64,000 nt of DNA, taken from the NCBI GenBank assembly GCA_965217735.1, contig CBDCJE010000001.1, forward strand, positions 149,313 through 213,312, given 5' to 3'. The position numbers were made by a program, and so were the translations under genes. Below are positions 8,655-18,580 of the stretch, piece after piece. This stretch comes from Chthoniobacterales bacterium. Lineage in GTDB: Bacteria > Verrucomicrobiota > Verrucomicrobiia > Chthoniobacterales > UBA10450. Under the pieces are notes generated by a model, which searched no databases, was not told the origin of the DNA, and saw only the letters and a program-made list of their open reading frames with translations. Every line of letters begins with the position of its first letter. Position 1 is the first letter of the stretch.

Positions 8655-10061
8655 ATGGATAAATTCGACGTCATCATCATCGGCTCCGGCCCCGGCGGCT
8701 ATGTCGCCGCCATCCGCGCCGCTCAACTCGGGCTCAAAACCGCCATCATCGAAAGATATCCTGATCTCGGCGGCACCTGCCTCAACGTCGGCTGCATCCC
8801 GAGCAAGGCGCTCCTGGCCTCGAGCGACCACTTCGTTTTCGCCAAAAAAGACGCGGCCAAACACGGCATCGTGCTGGACAAAGTGAGCCTCGATCTCAAG
8901 ACGATGCTGGCCCGCAAGGACAAGGTGGTAAAAACCCTCACCGGCGGCGTGCGCGCACTGATGAAGGGCAACAAAGTCACCACCTTCGCTGGCCGCGGCA
9001 CCATCATCGAGCCGGGTAAAGTGCGGATTCAGCCTAACGAGGGCGAGCCAATCGAGATCGCGGCCGACCACATCGTCATCGCGACCGGCAGTGTCCCGAT
9101 CGACCTCCCGAGCATGCCATTCGACGGCGAAACCATCGTCAGCAGCACCGAGGCGCTCTGCTTCGAGAAGCCGCCGGAAAAATTTCTTGTCGTCGGCGCG
9201 GGCGCGATCGGGCTCGAGCTTGGCTCGGTCTGGAGCCGGCTGGGCTCCGAGGTGACGGTGCTCGAATTTTTGCCTCGTATCGCGGTCGGTTTTGACTTGG
9301 AAATGGCCAACCTGCTCCAGCGCGCCCTCACCGCCCAGGGGATGAAGTTTCATCTCGAAACCAAAGTCGGCTCGATCAAGGTGACCGATGGCCGGGCCGT
9401 GGCCAGCGCGAGCAAAGGCGGCGAGGAAATCACTTTCGAAGCGGACAAGGTGCTGGTCTCGGTTGGCCGGCGCGCCTTTGCCGAAGGCGTAGGCGCGGAC
9501 AAAGTCGGGGTGGCGCTGGACGAACGGGGCCGGGTCAAAGTCGATGAAACCTACCGGACCAACATCGAAGGCATCTATGCGATCGGCGACGTCATCGTCG
9601 GCCCGATGCTGGCGCACAAGGCGGAGGAAGAAGGCATCGCCTGCGTCGAGCTGATCGCAGGCAAGGCCGGGCATGTGAACTACGACGTCATTCCCGGCAT
9701 CATCTACACCAATCCCGAGCTGGCCGGAGTCGGGATCACGGAGGATTTCGCGAAGGAAAAAGGGCTGAAAGTGCGGGTGGGCAAATTCCCCTTCCGCGCC
9801 AACGGCCGCGCCCTGGCGAACGACGACGCCGAAGGATGGGTAAAATTCATCGCCGATGCCGAGTCCGACCGCATTCTCGGGGCCTCGATTCTTTCCCATG
9901 CCGCCTCCGAACTCATCGCCGAGATCGTGGCGGTGATGGAATTCGGCGGGAGCAGCGAAGACCTCGGCCGCACCGTGCACGCGCACCCGACCTTGAGCGA
10001 AGCGGTCAAGGAGGCCGCCCTCGCAGTGGAGAAGCACGCCATCCACATCGGCAATCGCTGA
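8655..10061 (+). CDS. lpdA: Dihydrolipoyl dehydrogenase (E3)
   Basis: 468 aa. FAD motif [13 protein letters not shown], redox disulfide [14 protein letters not shown]-terminal HAHPTLSE. Confidence 0.95.
   Translation: MDKFDVIIIGSGPGGYVAAIRAAQLGLKTAIIERYPDLGGTCLNVGCIPSKALLASSDHFVFAKKDAAKHGIVLDKVSLDLKTMLARKDKVVKTLTGGVRALMKGNKVTTFAGRGTIIEPGKVRIQPNEGEPIEIAADHIVIATGSVPIDLPSMPFDGETIVSSTEALCFEKPPEKFLVVGAGAIGLELGSVWSRLGSEVTVLEFLPRIAVGFDLEMANLLQRALTAQGMKFHLETKVGSIKVTDGRAVASASKGGEEITFEADKVLVSVGRRAFAEGVGADKVGVALDERGRVKVDETYRTNIEGIYAIGDVIVGPMLAHKAEEEGIACVELIAGKAGHVNYDVIPGIIYTNPELAGVGITEDFAKEKGLKVRVGKFPFRANGRALANDDAEGWVKFIADAESDRILGASILSHAASELIAEIVAVMEFGGSSEDLGRTVHAHPTLSEAVKEAALAVEKHAIHIGNR
9032..9040 (-). 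repeat. TCGTTAGGC 9-mer, exact copy (GCCTAACGA on +)
   Basis: In lpdA, read as CCT AAC GAG = Pro-Asn-Glu. Confidence 0.95.
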
Positions 10062-10073
10062 CGAATCGTAAGT

Positions 10074-10442
10074 ATGGCCGAGGAAGAGAAGGCGAAAAAG
10101 GTTTCCGGGGCGGAGGAATACGTCTCGGCCGAGGTCGCGCTGGCGGAGCCACTCGATCCGGAGCAGGAGAAAGCCTTGCGCGATGCGCTGGAGAATTTGG
10201 ATGAGCGAGCCTTTGGCTCCTTCGACATCGGCGCGAAAAGACTCTCCTTCTCCTATGACCCGACCCGCACTTCCAAGAAGCAGCTGCTCGATTTCATCCG
10301 ACAGGCCGGAGGCAAACCCGGGCAGGTGGAGAGCGGAGGTTCGCCGCTGCTGCAGGAAGCCGAGGACCGTCCGCTGGGCGGCGCTACCTTAACGCAGGCC
10401 GAGATCGGCGCGGCTGGTGCGGGCGAAGCGGAAGCCGCCTAG
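10074..10442 (+). CDS. Hypothetical acidic protein downstream of lpdA
   Basis: 122 aa. GC-rich third positions through most of the ORF. The last 54 nt overlap the 3' end of the convergent methyltransferase gene. No recognisable motif. Confidence 0.45.
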   Translation: MAEEEKAKKVSGAEEYVSAEVALAEPLDPEQEKALRDALENLDERAFGSFDIGAKRLSFSYDPTRTSKKQLLDFIRQAGGKPGQVESGGSPLLQEAEDRPLGGATLTQAEIGAAGAGEAEAA

Positions 10443-11534
10443 CGTTCCCTCGAATTTCCTGACCAGGCCGAGGAATTGAAATTTCAAACCGAGGAATTCG
10501 GGATGAATCAGGGTCTGCAGGGCGCGACTTTTCTCCGCGCCCGCGGAAGCCAGCTCGGGATGGCTGCTGAGCAGACCGGTGAGGAAATGGTGCTGATCGG
10601 CAAACCCAGCCAGGGCCAGACCGCATTCTTCCGCCCGTTCGGTCAGGCTGGTCCATTCCACGTGGGTGGTGAGGTCGCTCTGGCCGACCCGTTCCAGGAG
10701 GGACGGCAGGACTCGATGTTCGGCATAGCATTGCAGAGTGCCGGTGCGGCGGCTCGGAGCATAGAATTCGTCCCGCGGCAGACCGTAATCGGCGATGAGA
10801 ATGACGCCGGCCTGCAGCTTTCCGGCGAGAGTTTCGATCCAGTCCAGCATGGCCAGATTGACCTCGGTTTCGTAGCCCTCCAGCGGCGGGAAAGGGATTT
10901 TCGTTAGGCGAGCCTGCAGCCGCGGGTCGGTGATCGGGCGATCGACAAAGGTAAACCCGCAGGAGGTGCGCTCGACCAGCCGCTCGCTCCAGCGATAGCC
11001 CTGGCCTTCACGCCGGGTGACGAGCAGGCGCACCGGCATGGCGTCGAGCAGCTCATTGGAAAAATGGACGCCGCGAAACGGTGTCATCTCCTCGAGCGAT
11101 CCGACCCATTCGGTCTGCCTTAGAAAAGGCCGCAGGACCCCGAGCTGTCGTTCGCGCAGGAGGGCGAAAGGCTCGACGATGCGATACCGCATCCTGGCAA
11201 AAAGATCCGGCTCTTGCTCCCGCAGAGCTTCCAGCACGTCGTGGGCAAATTCCCCGTGGTGCGCCCCCTGTTCCACAATCACGAAATCTCCCGGGCGCCC
11301 CATCATTTCCCAAATCTCGGCAAACTGCCCGGCGAGCATTTTGCCAAAGAGCGGACCGACGCTGACGCTGGTGAAATAATCGCCGTGCCGTCCGATGGCG
11401 CAGCGCCCCGAGCTGTAGTAGCCGTGGCGCGGATGGTAGAGCGCCTGCTCCATAAACCAGGAGAATGGGACCGGGCCGCGCCGGCGGATCCCGTCTCGAA
11501 TTTCGTGAATCAGCTCGCCATTCTCTTCGTCCAT
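10389..11534 (-). CDS. SAM-dependent methyltransferase, MidA/NDUFAF7 (DUF185) family
   Basis: 381 aa. PVPFSWFMEQALYHPRHGYYSS, DFVIVEQGAHHGEFAHDVL, ILIADYG: blocks typical of the family. Confidence 0.8.
   Translation of the reverse strand: MDEENGELIHEIRDGIRRRGPVPFSWFMEQALYHPRHGYYSSGRCAIGRHGDYFTSVSVGPLFGKMLAGQFAEIWEMMGRPGDFVIVEQGAHHGEFAHDVLEALREQEPDLFARMRYRIVEPFALLRERQLGVLRPFLRQTEWVGSLEEMTPFRGVHFSNELLDAMPVRLLVTRREGQGYRWSERLVERTSCGFTFVDRPITDPRLQARLTKIPFPPLEGYETEVNLAMLDWIETLAGKLQAGVILIADYGLPRDEFYAPSRRTGTLQCYAEHRVLPSLLERVGQSDLTTHVEWTSLTERAEECGLALAGFADQHHFLTGLLSSHPELASAGAEKSRALQTLIHPEFLGLKFQFLGLVRKFEGTLGGFRFARTSRADLGLR
10901..10909 (+). repeat. TCGTTAGGC 9-mer, exact copy
   Basis: In the minus-strand MidA-like gene, read as CTA ACG = Leu-Thr. 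Confidence 0.95.
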
Positions 11535-11677
11535 TGCTCAGCGCTGGGTCGACGGAACAAGGGCGATCTTCGGCGCAAGCAGATCAATGTTCAAGCGCGC
11601 TACCATTTGGCATTCGAGGGATTTTGCCGCTAAGTTGCGCGCGATCTCGATCCTTTGGGCATCCGCCCGCTCGCCGC

Positions 11678-14221
11678 ATGCCTGTTGATTATTTCACGCC
11701 GACGGAGTTTTCTCATGACCAGCGCCCGTGGTATGCGCGACCGTGGTTTTACCTTCCGGCCGGGCTGTTCCTGGTCGCGCTCGTGATCGGGCTGCTCATC
11801 TTTCTCCCGACCGCCTACACCCTCTGCCAGCAGGCCCAGAGCCTCGATCTTTCCCATCTCGAGCAGATGGAATCGGCCAGCGTCATCGTCGACCGCAACG
11901 ACAAGATCTTTGGCCAGATCTACGTCGAAAATCGCGAGACCGTGCCCTACGACCAGCTCCCGCAGAATCTGGTCAACGCCATCATCGCAACGGAGGACAA
12001 TAAGTTCTACCAGCACCATGGCTACGACTTGTTAGGCATCGTCCGGGCCGCGCTGAAGAACGCGCTCGCCGGCCATGTGCGGCAGGGGGCGAGCACGGTG
12101 ACTCAGCAGTTGGCCCGCAATAGTTTCGAGCTCAAGGGCAAAACCTTTCGCCGCAAGCTGCTGGAGATGTTCGTCGCCCGGCGGATCGAGGATAATTTCT
12201 CCAAGCAAAAGATCATGGAGCTCTACCTCAACCGGATCTACTTCGGCGGCGGGCTCTACGGCGCGGAAGCGGCCGCGCGCGGCTATTTCGACAAACACGC
12301 CCGCGACATGACCCTGGCGGAGTGCGCCACTCTGGCCGGCCTGGTCAAAAGCCCGAACAAACTCTCCCCCTGGACCGATCGAAATGCTTCCCACGAGGCG
12401 CGCAACTTCGTCCTCAGCCGCATGGAAGAACTCGGCTTCATCGATCGCGCCCAGGAGCGAAGCGCGCAGGAAGAGATCCTCACTGTCGGCAACCGGCAGG
12501 ACGCTCGCGGCCAGAACTACGCCATCGATCAGATACGCCAGCAAGTGATTGCCGCCGTGGGCTGGGATCGGGCCATGAGCGACGGCTTTCGCATTCACAC
12601 CACGATCGATGCCGAGATGCAGAAGGCGGCGGAAAAATCCCTCCGCGCTCAGCTCGATGCGGCCGAGGAAACGCCCGGCTACCATCACCAGACTTACGCC
12701 CAATACGTCGCCCTCCTAAAAGAGAAGCGGGCTCAGAAATCCGACGATAAAAAAGCCAGCGCGCCGCCCGCGCCGGAATATCTCCAGGGCGCAGTCATCG
12801 CGCTCGATAACGAAACCGGGGGCATCCTCGCCCTGGTCGGCGGCCGGGATTTCGAGCATAACGAGTACAACCGTGCGCTCCAGGCGCGGCGTCCGCCGGG
12901 CACGGCGATGCTGCCTTTCGTCTACGCGGCCGCTTTTGAGAAAGGACTCTATCCCGGCTCGATCGTGGAAGATTCCGCGCTCGATAATCGCACCGTCATG
13001 ATCGGCGGCACCACTGGCATCCTGGGCGAGTGGGGGCCGGAAAACGCCAACAACCGCTACGAAGGCGCCATCACCGCGCGGGAGGCGCTGGCGAAATCGA
13101 AGAACGGCGCCGCCGTCCGCATCGGCACGACCGCGGGGCTGGACAGCGTCTCGAAGCTGACCCACGCCGCCGGGGTGGAGAGCAAGTTGCGACCTTATCC
13201 CGCCACCTTCCTCGGCAGCAGCGAGATCACCCTGGCCGAGCTCGCCCTGGCCTACACGGTCTTCCCTAACGACGGCTGGCGCGCCACCGCCCCGCACATC
13301 CTCGATCGGATCGAGGACAAGAACGGCCACATCGTCTGGCAATCGGAAGAGAGCAAAAAACACCAAACCGTGCTCAAGCCGGCGGTGGCTTTTGAAATCA
13401 CTTCCTGCCTCACCGATGCCCTGGCCGAGGGCACCGGCCATCTCGCCTACGCCAAATATGGGCTGAAGAAATTCCCCGCCGCGGGCAAGACCGGCACCGC
13501 CTACGATTTTACCGACGCTCTCTTTGCCGGCTATGACTCCGCCGTCACCTGCGCCGTCTGGGCCGGCTTCGATAAACCGCAGAAAATCTATCGCGGCGCC
13601 TTCGGCAGCGTGCTCGCACTCCCGGTCTGGGTCGATGTCATGAACGCCTCGGTCGGCAGCTTCCCGCCCCAGACCTTCACCCTCCCCCCGGGCGTGCATA
13701 AGGTCGAGATCTGTTCCAAATCCGGCCTGCTCGCGACGGATAAATGCTATGACACCGTGCGCGCCGCGGATGGCACCGAAGTGCGGCGGCGCACCAGCTA
13801 TTTCGAATGGGCGGATGAGGCGCAGATGCCGCATGACGCCTGCGATGTGCATACCGACTCCGTCCGCACGCAGCTGGTGAAGAAGTTTGAGGAAAGCCAA
13901 TGGCCGCGCGCCGCGCTCGCGGTCGACACCAAGGAAGTGCCCGCGGTGGTGGTGCGCGGCCCGACCCTGCTGGCGGGCGACGATCCCTATAACGCGGTCG
14001 GTTCCACCTACAAACCGGCCACCGCCGTGGCGCAGGCGAACGCGCAGCCTTTCGATCCCGAGAAGCCGATCAAACGCGCCATTCCGGTCGCGCCCACCCC
14101 GAGCGGCGAGGTGGAAGTGCGCCGGGCCGAGCCGGTCCGGCCGATCGATGAGACCCAGCGCGAGCCGCTCCTGCAAAACGAGCCGCCGGCGCCGCTGGAT
14201 TTTAACGACGACGGTCATTGA
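11678..14221 (+). CDS. mrcA: Bifunctional penicillin-binding protein 1A (glycosyltransferase GT51 + transpeptidase)
   Basis: ORF 11465..14221 trimmed to ATG 11678 (MPVDYFTPTEF..., TM helix follows). GT51 motifs ATEDNKFYQHHGYD and RQGASTVTQQLARN. Transpeptidase KTGT. Confidence 0.9.
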   Translation: MPVDYFTPTEFSHDQRPWYARPWFYLPAGLFLVALVIGLLIFLPTAYTLCQQAQSLDLSHLEQMESASVIVDRNDKIFGQIYVENRETVPYDQLPQNLVNAIIATEDNKFYQHHGYDLLGIVRAALKNALAGHVRQGASTVTQQLARNSFELKGKTFRRKLLEMFVARRIEDNFSKQKIMELYLNRIYFGGGLYGAEAAARGYFDKHARDMTLAECATLAGLVKSPNKLSPWTDRNASHEARNFVLSRMEELGFIDRAQERSAQEEILTVGNRQDARGQNYAIDQIRQQVIAAVGWDRAMSDGFRIHTTIDAEMQKAAEKSLRAQLDAAEETPGYHHQTYAQYVALLKEKRAQKSDDKKASAPPAPEYLQGAVIALDNETGGILALVGGRDFEHNEYNRALQARRPPGTAMLPFVYAAAFEKGLYPGSIVEDSALDNRTVMIGGTTGILGEWGPENANNRYEGAITAREALAKSKNGAAVRIGTTAGLDSVSKLTHAAGVESKLRPYPATFLGSSEITLAELALAYTVFPNDGWRATAPHILDRIEDKNGHIVWQSEESKKHQTVLKPAVAFEITSCLTDALAEGTGHLAYAKYGLKKFPAAGKTGTAYDFTDALFAGYDSAVTCAVWAGFDKPQKIYRGAFGSVLALPVWVDVMNASVGSFPPQTFTLPPGVHKVEICSKSGLLATDKCYDTVRAADGTEVRRRTSYFEWADEAQMPHDACDVHTDSVRTQLVKKFEESQWPRAALAVDTKEVPAVVVRGPTLLAGDDPYNAVGSTYKPATAVAQANAQPFDPEKPIKRAIPVAPTPSGEVEVRRAEPVRPIDETQREPLLQNEPPAPLDFNDDGH

Positions 14222-14230
14222 GCGCAGTCC

Positions 14231-15220
14231 GTGGCTGAATTTCGCCTCACGGTTCTCAATCCGGGCGGTCGCGATCCGAGGCAGGATTTCGGTCCCGGCA
14301 TCGCCGCCCCTAACGACGCCGAACACGCTCCGGTAAACTTTCACGGCTACGCTGCCTGCACCCGCGGGGCCTTTCATCGCGAGGTGAAACTGGCGGTGGC
14401 GGAGGGCGCGCCGGTGCTTTTGCTCCTGCGGGGCGACTTCAAGGCGAGCGAGCGGGCGCTGCATGAATTGAAGAGCCGCGGGCTGCCGGTGGTGATTTCG
14501 CTCAAGGAAACCGGCCTGCACCAGATCGAGCAACAGCTCGGGGATCCGAAGCGGGCCGCCCGTTTCCGCAGCCTCGTGCAGGAAGCCGACGGCTGCCTCG
14601 GCGCGACCCCGGAAGCGATCCAGTTTTATGGCCGCGGCCGCTTTATTCCTACGCCCTACCCGATGGCCGAGAGCGGCTGGGATTTTTCCCGTTCATTAGG
14701 GGAAAGGAAGGGGATTTTTGTCGGGACGCGGGAATGGGATATCCCGTCGCGGCATCATCTTGCGGCTCTGGCCCTGGCGCTGCAAACCGGGGAAGCGGTC
14801 ACTGTTTTCGATCCCCGGCCCCGGCTTTGCCGCAAGCGCCTCAGCGCCCTCGGCCTGCCGCTCGACCGGCTGAACCTCATCGAAGGCCGCCTGCCCTATC
14901 GCGATTACCTGGCCGAGATGGCGCGGCACAAGCTCGTCCTGCAGGCCGACCGCAGTGCGGTCCCGGGACAAGTGGCGGGCGACGCCCTGCTCTGCCGCAT
15001 GCCCTGCCTGGGAGGCGACGGCGCGATCGACCGCATCGGCTTTCCGCGCACTTCTGGTTTTGGCCGTTCGTTAGGGGAACTGGCCGGGCTGACCGCGCGC
15101 CTCCTGCGCGATCCCGCCTTTTACGCCGAGATCACCTACGAATCGCAGCAGCAGGCGCGCGAGCGGCTCGATTTTGCGGTGGTCGCGGCGCAACTGGCCG
15201 AGTTCTTCCGCGAGTTGTAG
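14231..15220 (+). CDS. Conserved hypothetical protein (possibly glycosyltransferase-associated)
   Basis: 329 aa, GTG start. Coding-like GC3. Lies next to a GT4 gene. No diagnostic motif recognised. Confidence 0.6.
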   Translation: MAEFRLTVLNPGGRDPRQDFGPGIAAPNDAEHAPVNFHGYAACTRGAFHREVKLAVAEGAPVLLLLRGDFKASERALHELKSRGLPVVISLKETGLHQIEQQLGDPKRAARFRSLVQEADGCLGATPEAIQFYGRGRFIPTPYPMAESGWDFSRSLGERKGIFVGTREWDIPSRHHLAALALALQTGEAVTVFDPRPRLCRKRLSALGLPLDRLNLIEGRLPYRDYLAEMARHKLVLQADRSAVPGQVAGDALLCRMPCLGGDGAIDRIGFPRTSGFGRSLGELAGLTARLLRDPAFYAEITYESQQQARERLDFAVVAAQLAEFFREL

Positions 15221-15279
15221 GGCGGGCGCTTCGCCTGCCGAGATCGACCAACTGCGCAGGCGAAGCGCCCGCTCTACAA
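15215..15279. terminator. Long palindromic element / bidirectional hairpin at a convergent gene junction
   Basis: Arms TTGTAGGGCGGGCGCTTCGCCTG (15215-15237) and CAGGCGAAGCGCCCGCTCTACAA (15257-15279), 22/23 complementary. The TAG stops of both flanking genes lie inside the arms. Confidence 0.6.
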
Positions 15280-16425
15280 AATCGCTTCAGCGTAATAATT
15301 TTCCAGCACCCGCGCCTGCGCCTTTTGCTCGAATTTTTTTGCGACCGATTCCGCACCACGCCGCGCCAGGTGGGTCAATTCCTCCGGCCGGTTTACCATT
15401 TCGAGCAATCTTTCGGCCAAGGCGCCGTGATCGCGTTCCCCGACCAGCACCCCGCTCTCGCCATCGGTGATCGCCTCCGGAATCCCGCCATGGCGCGTGG
15501 CGAACACTGGCAATCCGCTGGCCATCGCTTCCAGCATCGCATTCGGGACGCCCTCCTGGTTTCCATCCCTCCCCAGCTCGCTCGGATGCAGAAAAATATC
15601 GGAAGCATAGAAAGTGGTCCGCAGCTCCGTCTGACTGAGAAATCCGGCAAAATGCACCTGCTCGGCAATCTCCAACTCCCGTGCCAGCGCCCGCAGCTCC
15701 TCGCCCAGCGGACCTTCTCCCGCGATGGTGAAAGTGGCCCGCGGATGTTCCCGCTGAAAAGCGGCGAAAGCGCGCAGGCTGGTGCGGAAGCCCTTTTTCT
15801 CGATCAAACGCCCGGCCTGCAGGAAACGCCAGGCGCCGTCGTTAGGCCAGGATCGTTCCCGGAAAGGGAGATCGCCCAGCGGGATCCCGGTGCGATGCAG
15901 CCGGATTTTTTCCTCCGCACATCCGAGCTCGGCTACGGCCCGGGCGAGCGATTCGGAGCGGACCAGGACCAGGCGCGCCGCCGCCAGCATCTCCCGCGTG
16001 GCAGAGCGATAGCGCGGTTTATCGAGATCGACCAGGACATCGGCGCCATGAAACGAAACCACCGTGGGTCGCGACCAATGCCGCATGAGCGGGAGCAAAT
16101 GAACCGCGATGTGTCCAAAGTAAATGTGCAACAATTGCGCGTCGGTTTCCGCCAGCACCCGCTCGATACGAGCCACTTCGGCGCCCGACATCTGCCAGGG
16201 AGCATCGTGCAGAGTGCGATACCAGAAGCGGCGCAAAAAATGCGTCCACGGTTTCCCGATCACAAACACGGGCGCAAAAGGGAAGCGCTGCGCTTCCTCG
16301 CGCTTCTGCGCGATGAGCACCGGCCGGAAGCGCGTCAGCGCCGTGATCTGCCGGTAGATGTGGAACATCTCCGGCTTGAGAAAGGTCGCGCAATAACAGG
16401 CGACGACAGGCGGAGAAGCGGGCAC
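15274..16425 (-). CDS. Glycosyltransferase family 4
   Basis: 383 aa. GT4 C-terminal signature EGVPNAMLEAMASGLPVFATRHGGIPEAITDGESGVLV. Confidence 0.88.
   Translation of the reverse strand: MPASPPVVACYCATFLKPEMFHIYRQITALTRFRPVLIAQKREEAQRFPFAPVFVIGKPWTHFLRRFWYRTLHDAPWQMSGAEVARIERVLAETDAQLLHIYFGHIAVHLLPLMRHWSRPTVVSFHGADVLVDLDKPRYRSATREMLAAARLVLVRSESLARAVAELGCAEEKIRLHRTGIPLGDLPFRERSWPNDGAWRFLQAGRLIEKKGFRTSLRAFAAFQREHPRATFTIAGEGPLGEELRALARELEIAEQVHFAGFLSQTELRTTFYASDIFLHPSELGRDGNQEGVPNAMLEAMASGLPVFATRHGGIPEAITDGESGVLVGERDHGALAERLLEMVNRPEELTHLARRGAESVAKKFEQKAQARVLENYYAEAIL
15839..15847 (+). repeat. TCGTTAGGC 9-mer, exact copy
   Basis: In the minus-strand GT4 gene, Pro-Asn-Asp. Confidence 0.95.
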
Positions 16426-16523
16426 GCCTGACGTTCAACGCTGGCGCGCGCGGTTCAACTCAATCGGTGAGACGGCTCCGGGAACGAGCTTCCGCTCGTC
16501 CAAAATACCACCCGGGGCGCTGC

Positions 16524-16850
16524 TTAGAACGTCCAGGCAAAGAGCACGATGCCCTTTGGCTTCCCCGGGTTAGCCGGATCGTGCGTGACGTGTTCCTGTC
16601 CGTTACCATAACGAGCCGGGGCCGCCGGATTGATCAACTGGATCGGGTTGCCCGTCCGCAAAGCCACCTGCACCGCGCCTTCGGTCGGCACGATCGGTGC
16701 CGCCGAGGGTGGCACCGGTCTTGGCAGTTGCGTCGTCACCTTCCCCGTCGCGCCGGTCGTCCCGGTGGTGGTGGTCAGTTCACCCTGCCCCTGCCCAAAG
16801 GCGATGCTGGTCGCGCCAGCCAATAGAATGCTAAGGAATGTTTTTTTCAT
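16524..16850 (-). CDS. Small secreted protein (108 aa), unknown function
   Basis: C-terminal part of ORF 16524..17807, taken from ATG 16850: MKKTFLSILLAGATSIAFGQ signal peptide, then a Thr/Gly/Pro-rich region. The rest of the long ORF is a shadow of kdsD. Confidence 0.6.
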   Translation of the reverse strand: MKKTFLSILLAGATSIAFGQGQGELTTTTGTTGATGKVTTQLPRPVPPSAAPIVPTEGAVQVALRTGNPIQLINPAAPARYGNGQEHVTHDPANPGKPKGIVLFAWTF

Positions 16851-16925
16851 AATCACTCTCCCGAGGCGGGTCCGAGCGCGCATTGGCTTGCTCGCGCTCA
16901 TCACTCGCCCCACAATTATAAATCG

Positions 16926-17897
16926 ATGGACTACATTGAAAAGGCCGCACGTGTCTTGGATTTGGAAATTTCCGAGTTGCAGCGGCTGCGCCAACGGGTC
17001 GGAGAAGATTTCTCCCGCGCCGTCACCCTGATCAAAGAAACGGTCGAAGCCCGCGGGAAAGTGATCGTCCTCGGAGTCGGTAAATCCGGCCACATCGGTG
17101 AGAAAATCGGCGCCACGCTGACCAGCACCGGCTCGCCCGCCATTGTCCTTAATTCGCTCAACGCCTTGCATGGCGACCTCGGCGTGGTTTCGGATGGCGA
17201 CGTGATCCTCGCCCTCAGCTACAGCGGGGAGACGGAGGAATTGCTCCGCATTCTGCCGGCCCTGACCCGCTTCCAGGTCGGCGTCATCGCGATGTGCGGC
17301 GTGCGCGATTCGACCCTGGCGCAGAATTGCGACGTCTTCCTCGACGTAAACGTCGAACAGGAGGCCTGCCCGCTCAATCTCGCTCCGACCTCCAGCACCA
17401 CCGTCATGCTGGCTCTGGGAGACGCACTCGCCATGGTCTTGCTCGAGGCGCGCGGATTTCAAAAAGAGGATTTTGCCAAATTCCATCCCGGCGGCACGCT
17501 TGGGCGCAGCCTGCTCCTGCGGGTGCGCCAGATCATGCGCCCGCGGGCGGCGCTCGCACTTGTGCGTCCGGATGCGAACATCCACGCCGTTCTGGAAATG
17601 ATGACCTCGCGCCGAGCCGGAGCCGCGGTGGTGGCGGGGCCGGATGAGAAGCTGCTCGGTATTTTCACCCACGGCGATTTCGTGCGGCATTTCCAGGCCG
17701 ACCCGCGGATCGGCGAGCGGCTGGTGGTGGATCTGATGACCCTGAACCCGGTCGTGGTCGAGCAGGACCGGCTGGCGGTGGAAGTGCTCAACCTGCTCGA
17801 GTGCCACCGCATCGACGACCTGGTAGTGGTGGATGAAACCGGGGTGCCGGTCGGGATTGTCGACTCGCAGGATTTGACCAAGCTGAAGTTGCTCTAG
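16926..17897 (+). CDS. kdsD: Arabinose-5-phosphate isomerase (KpsF/GutQ family; SIS + tandem CBS domains)
   Basis: 323 aa. SIS motif VIVLGVGKSGHIGEKIGATLTSTG. Two CBS-like repeats at the C-terminus. Confidence 0.9.
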   Translation: MDYIEKAARVLDLEISELQRLRQRVGEDFSRAVTLIKETVEARGKVIVLGVGKSGHIGEKIGATLTSTGSPAIVLNSLNALHGDLGVVSDGDVILALSYSGETEELLRILPALTRFQVGVIAMCGVRDSTLAQNCDVFLDVNVEQEACPLNLAPTSSTTVMLALGDALAMVLLEARGFQKEDFAKFHPGGTLGRSLLLRVRQIMRPRAALALVRPDANIHAVLEMMTSRRAGAAVVAGPDEKLLGIFTHGDFVRHFQADPRIGERLVVDLMTLNPVVVEQDRLAVEVLNLLECHRIDDLVVVDETGVPVGIVDSQDLTKLKLL

Positions 17898-18019
17898 GGG
17901 CGGTCGCGACTGGATCTGCGCGGGGTGATCCCTCCGGTCATCGACCTGATGGCGCGTGGTTGCTTTGCGGGCGCCCTCCTGCTAAAGCTCTCCACTCTCA
18001 ACCAACCACTTCAAAAATC

Positions 18020-18577
18020 ATGGCCGCTGCAAACGATCTCCGCAAAGGAATGGCAATTAAATACAATGGCAACACCGCCATCGTGCTCGACGTGCACCAC
18101 CGCACCCCGGGAAACCTGCGCGCTTTCGTCCAGGCCATCATCCGCTACATCAATACCGGAAAGAGTGCCGACGTCCGCTTTGGCTCGACCGATAAAGTGG
18201 AGCTGGTCGAGATCGCCCGCACCACCCTCGAGTTTAGCTACAAGGACAACACCGGCTTCCATTTCATGGATCCGAGCACCTACGAGACGATCACCCTCGA
18301 CGAGGCGTTGCTCTGCGAGGCGAAGGATTACCTGGTGGAGAATCTCCCGGTCGAAGTGCTCTTCACCGAAGGCCGTCCGGTCCAGGTGGAATTGCCCTCC
18401 TCGGTGCAGCTGAAAGTGGTGGAAGCGCCCGAGGGATTACGCGGCGACACCGCCAGTAACGTGACCAAGCCGGCTCTGCTTGAGACCGGCAAGACGGTCA
18501 ACGTCCCCCTCTTCATCAACGAAGGCGAAACGGTCAAAATCGACACCCGCACCGGGAACTACATGGGGCGCGCCTAA
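18020..18577 (+). CDS. efp: Translation elongation factor P
   Basis: ORF 17960..18577 trimmed to ATG 18020 (MAAANDLRKGMAIKYNGNTAIVLDVHHRTPGNLRAFVQ...). 185 aa, typical EF-P length and blocks. Confidence 0.95.
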   Translation: MAAANDLRKGMAIKYNGNTAIVLDVHHRTPGNLRAFVQAIIRYINTGKSADVRFGSTDKVELVEIARTTLEFSYKDNTGFHFMDPSTYETITLDEALLCEAKDYLVENLPVEVLFTEGRPVQVELPSSVQLKVVEAPEGLRGDTASNVTKPALLETGKTVNVPLFINEGETVKIDTRTGNYMGRA

Positions 18578-18580
18578 CGA
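18572..18580 (-). repeat. TCGTTAGGC 9-mer, exact copy (GCCTAACGA on +)
   Basis: Supplies the efp TAA stop. The next gene's ATG (18581) abuts it. Confidence 0.95.
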
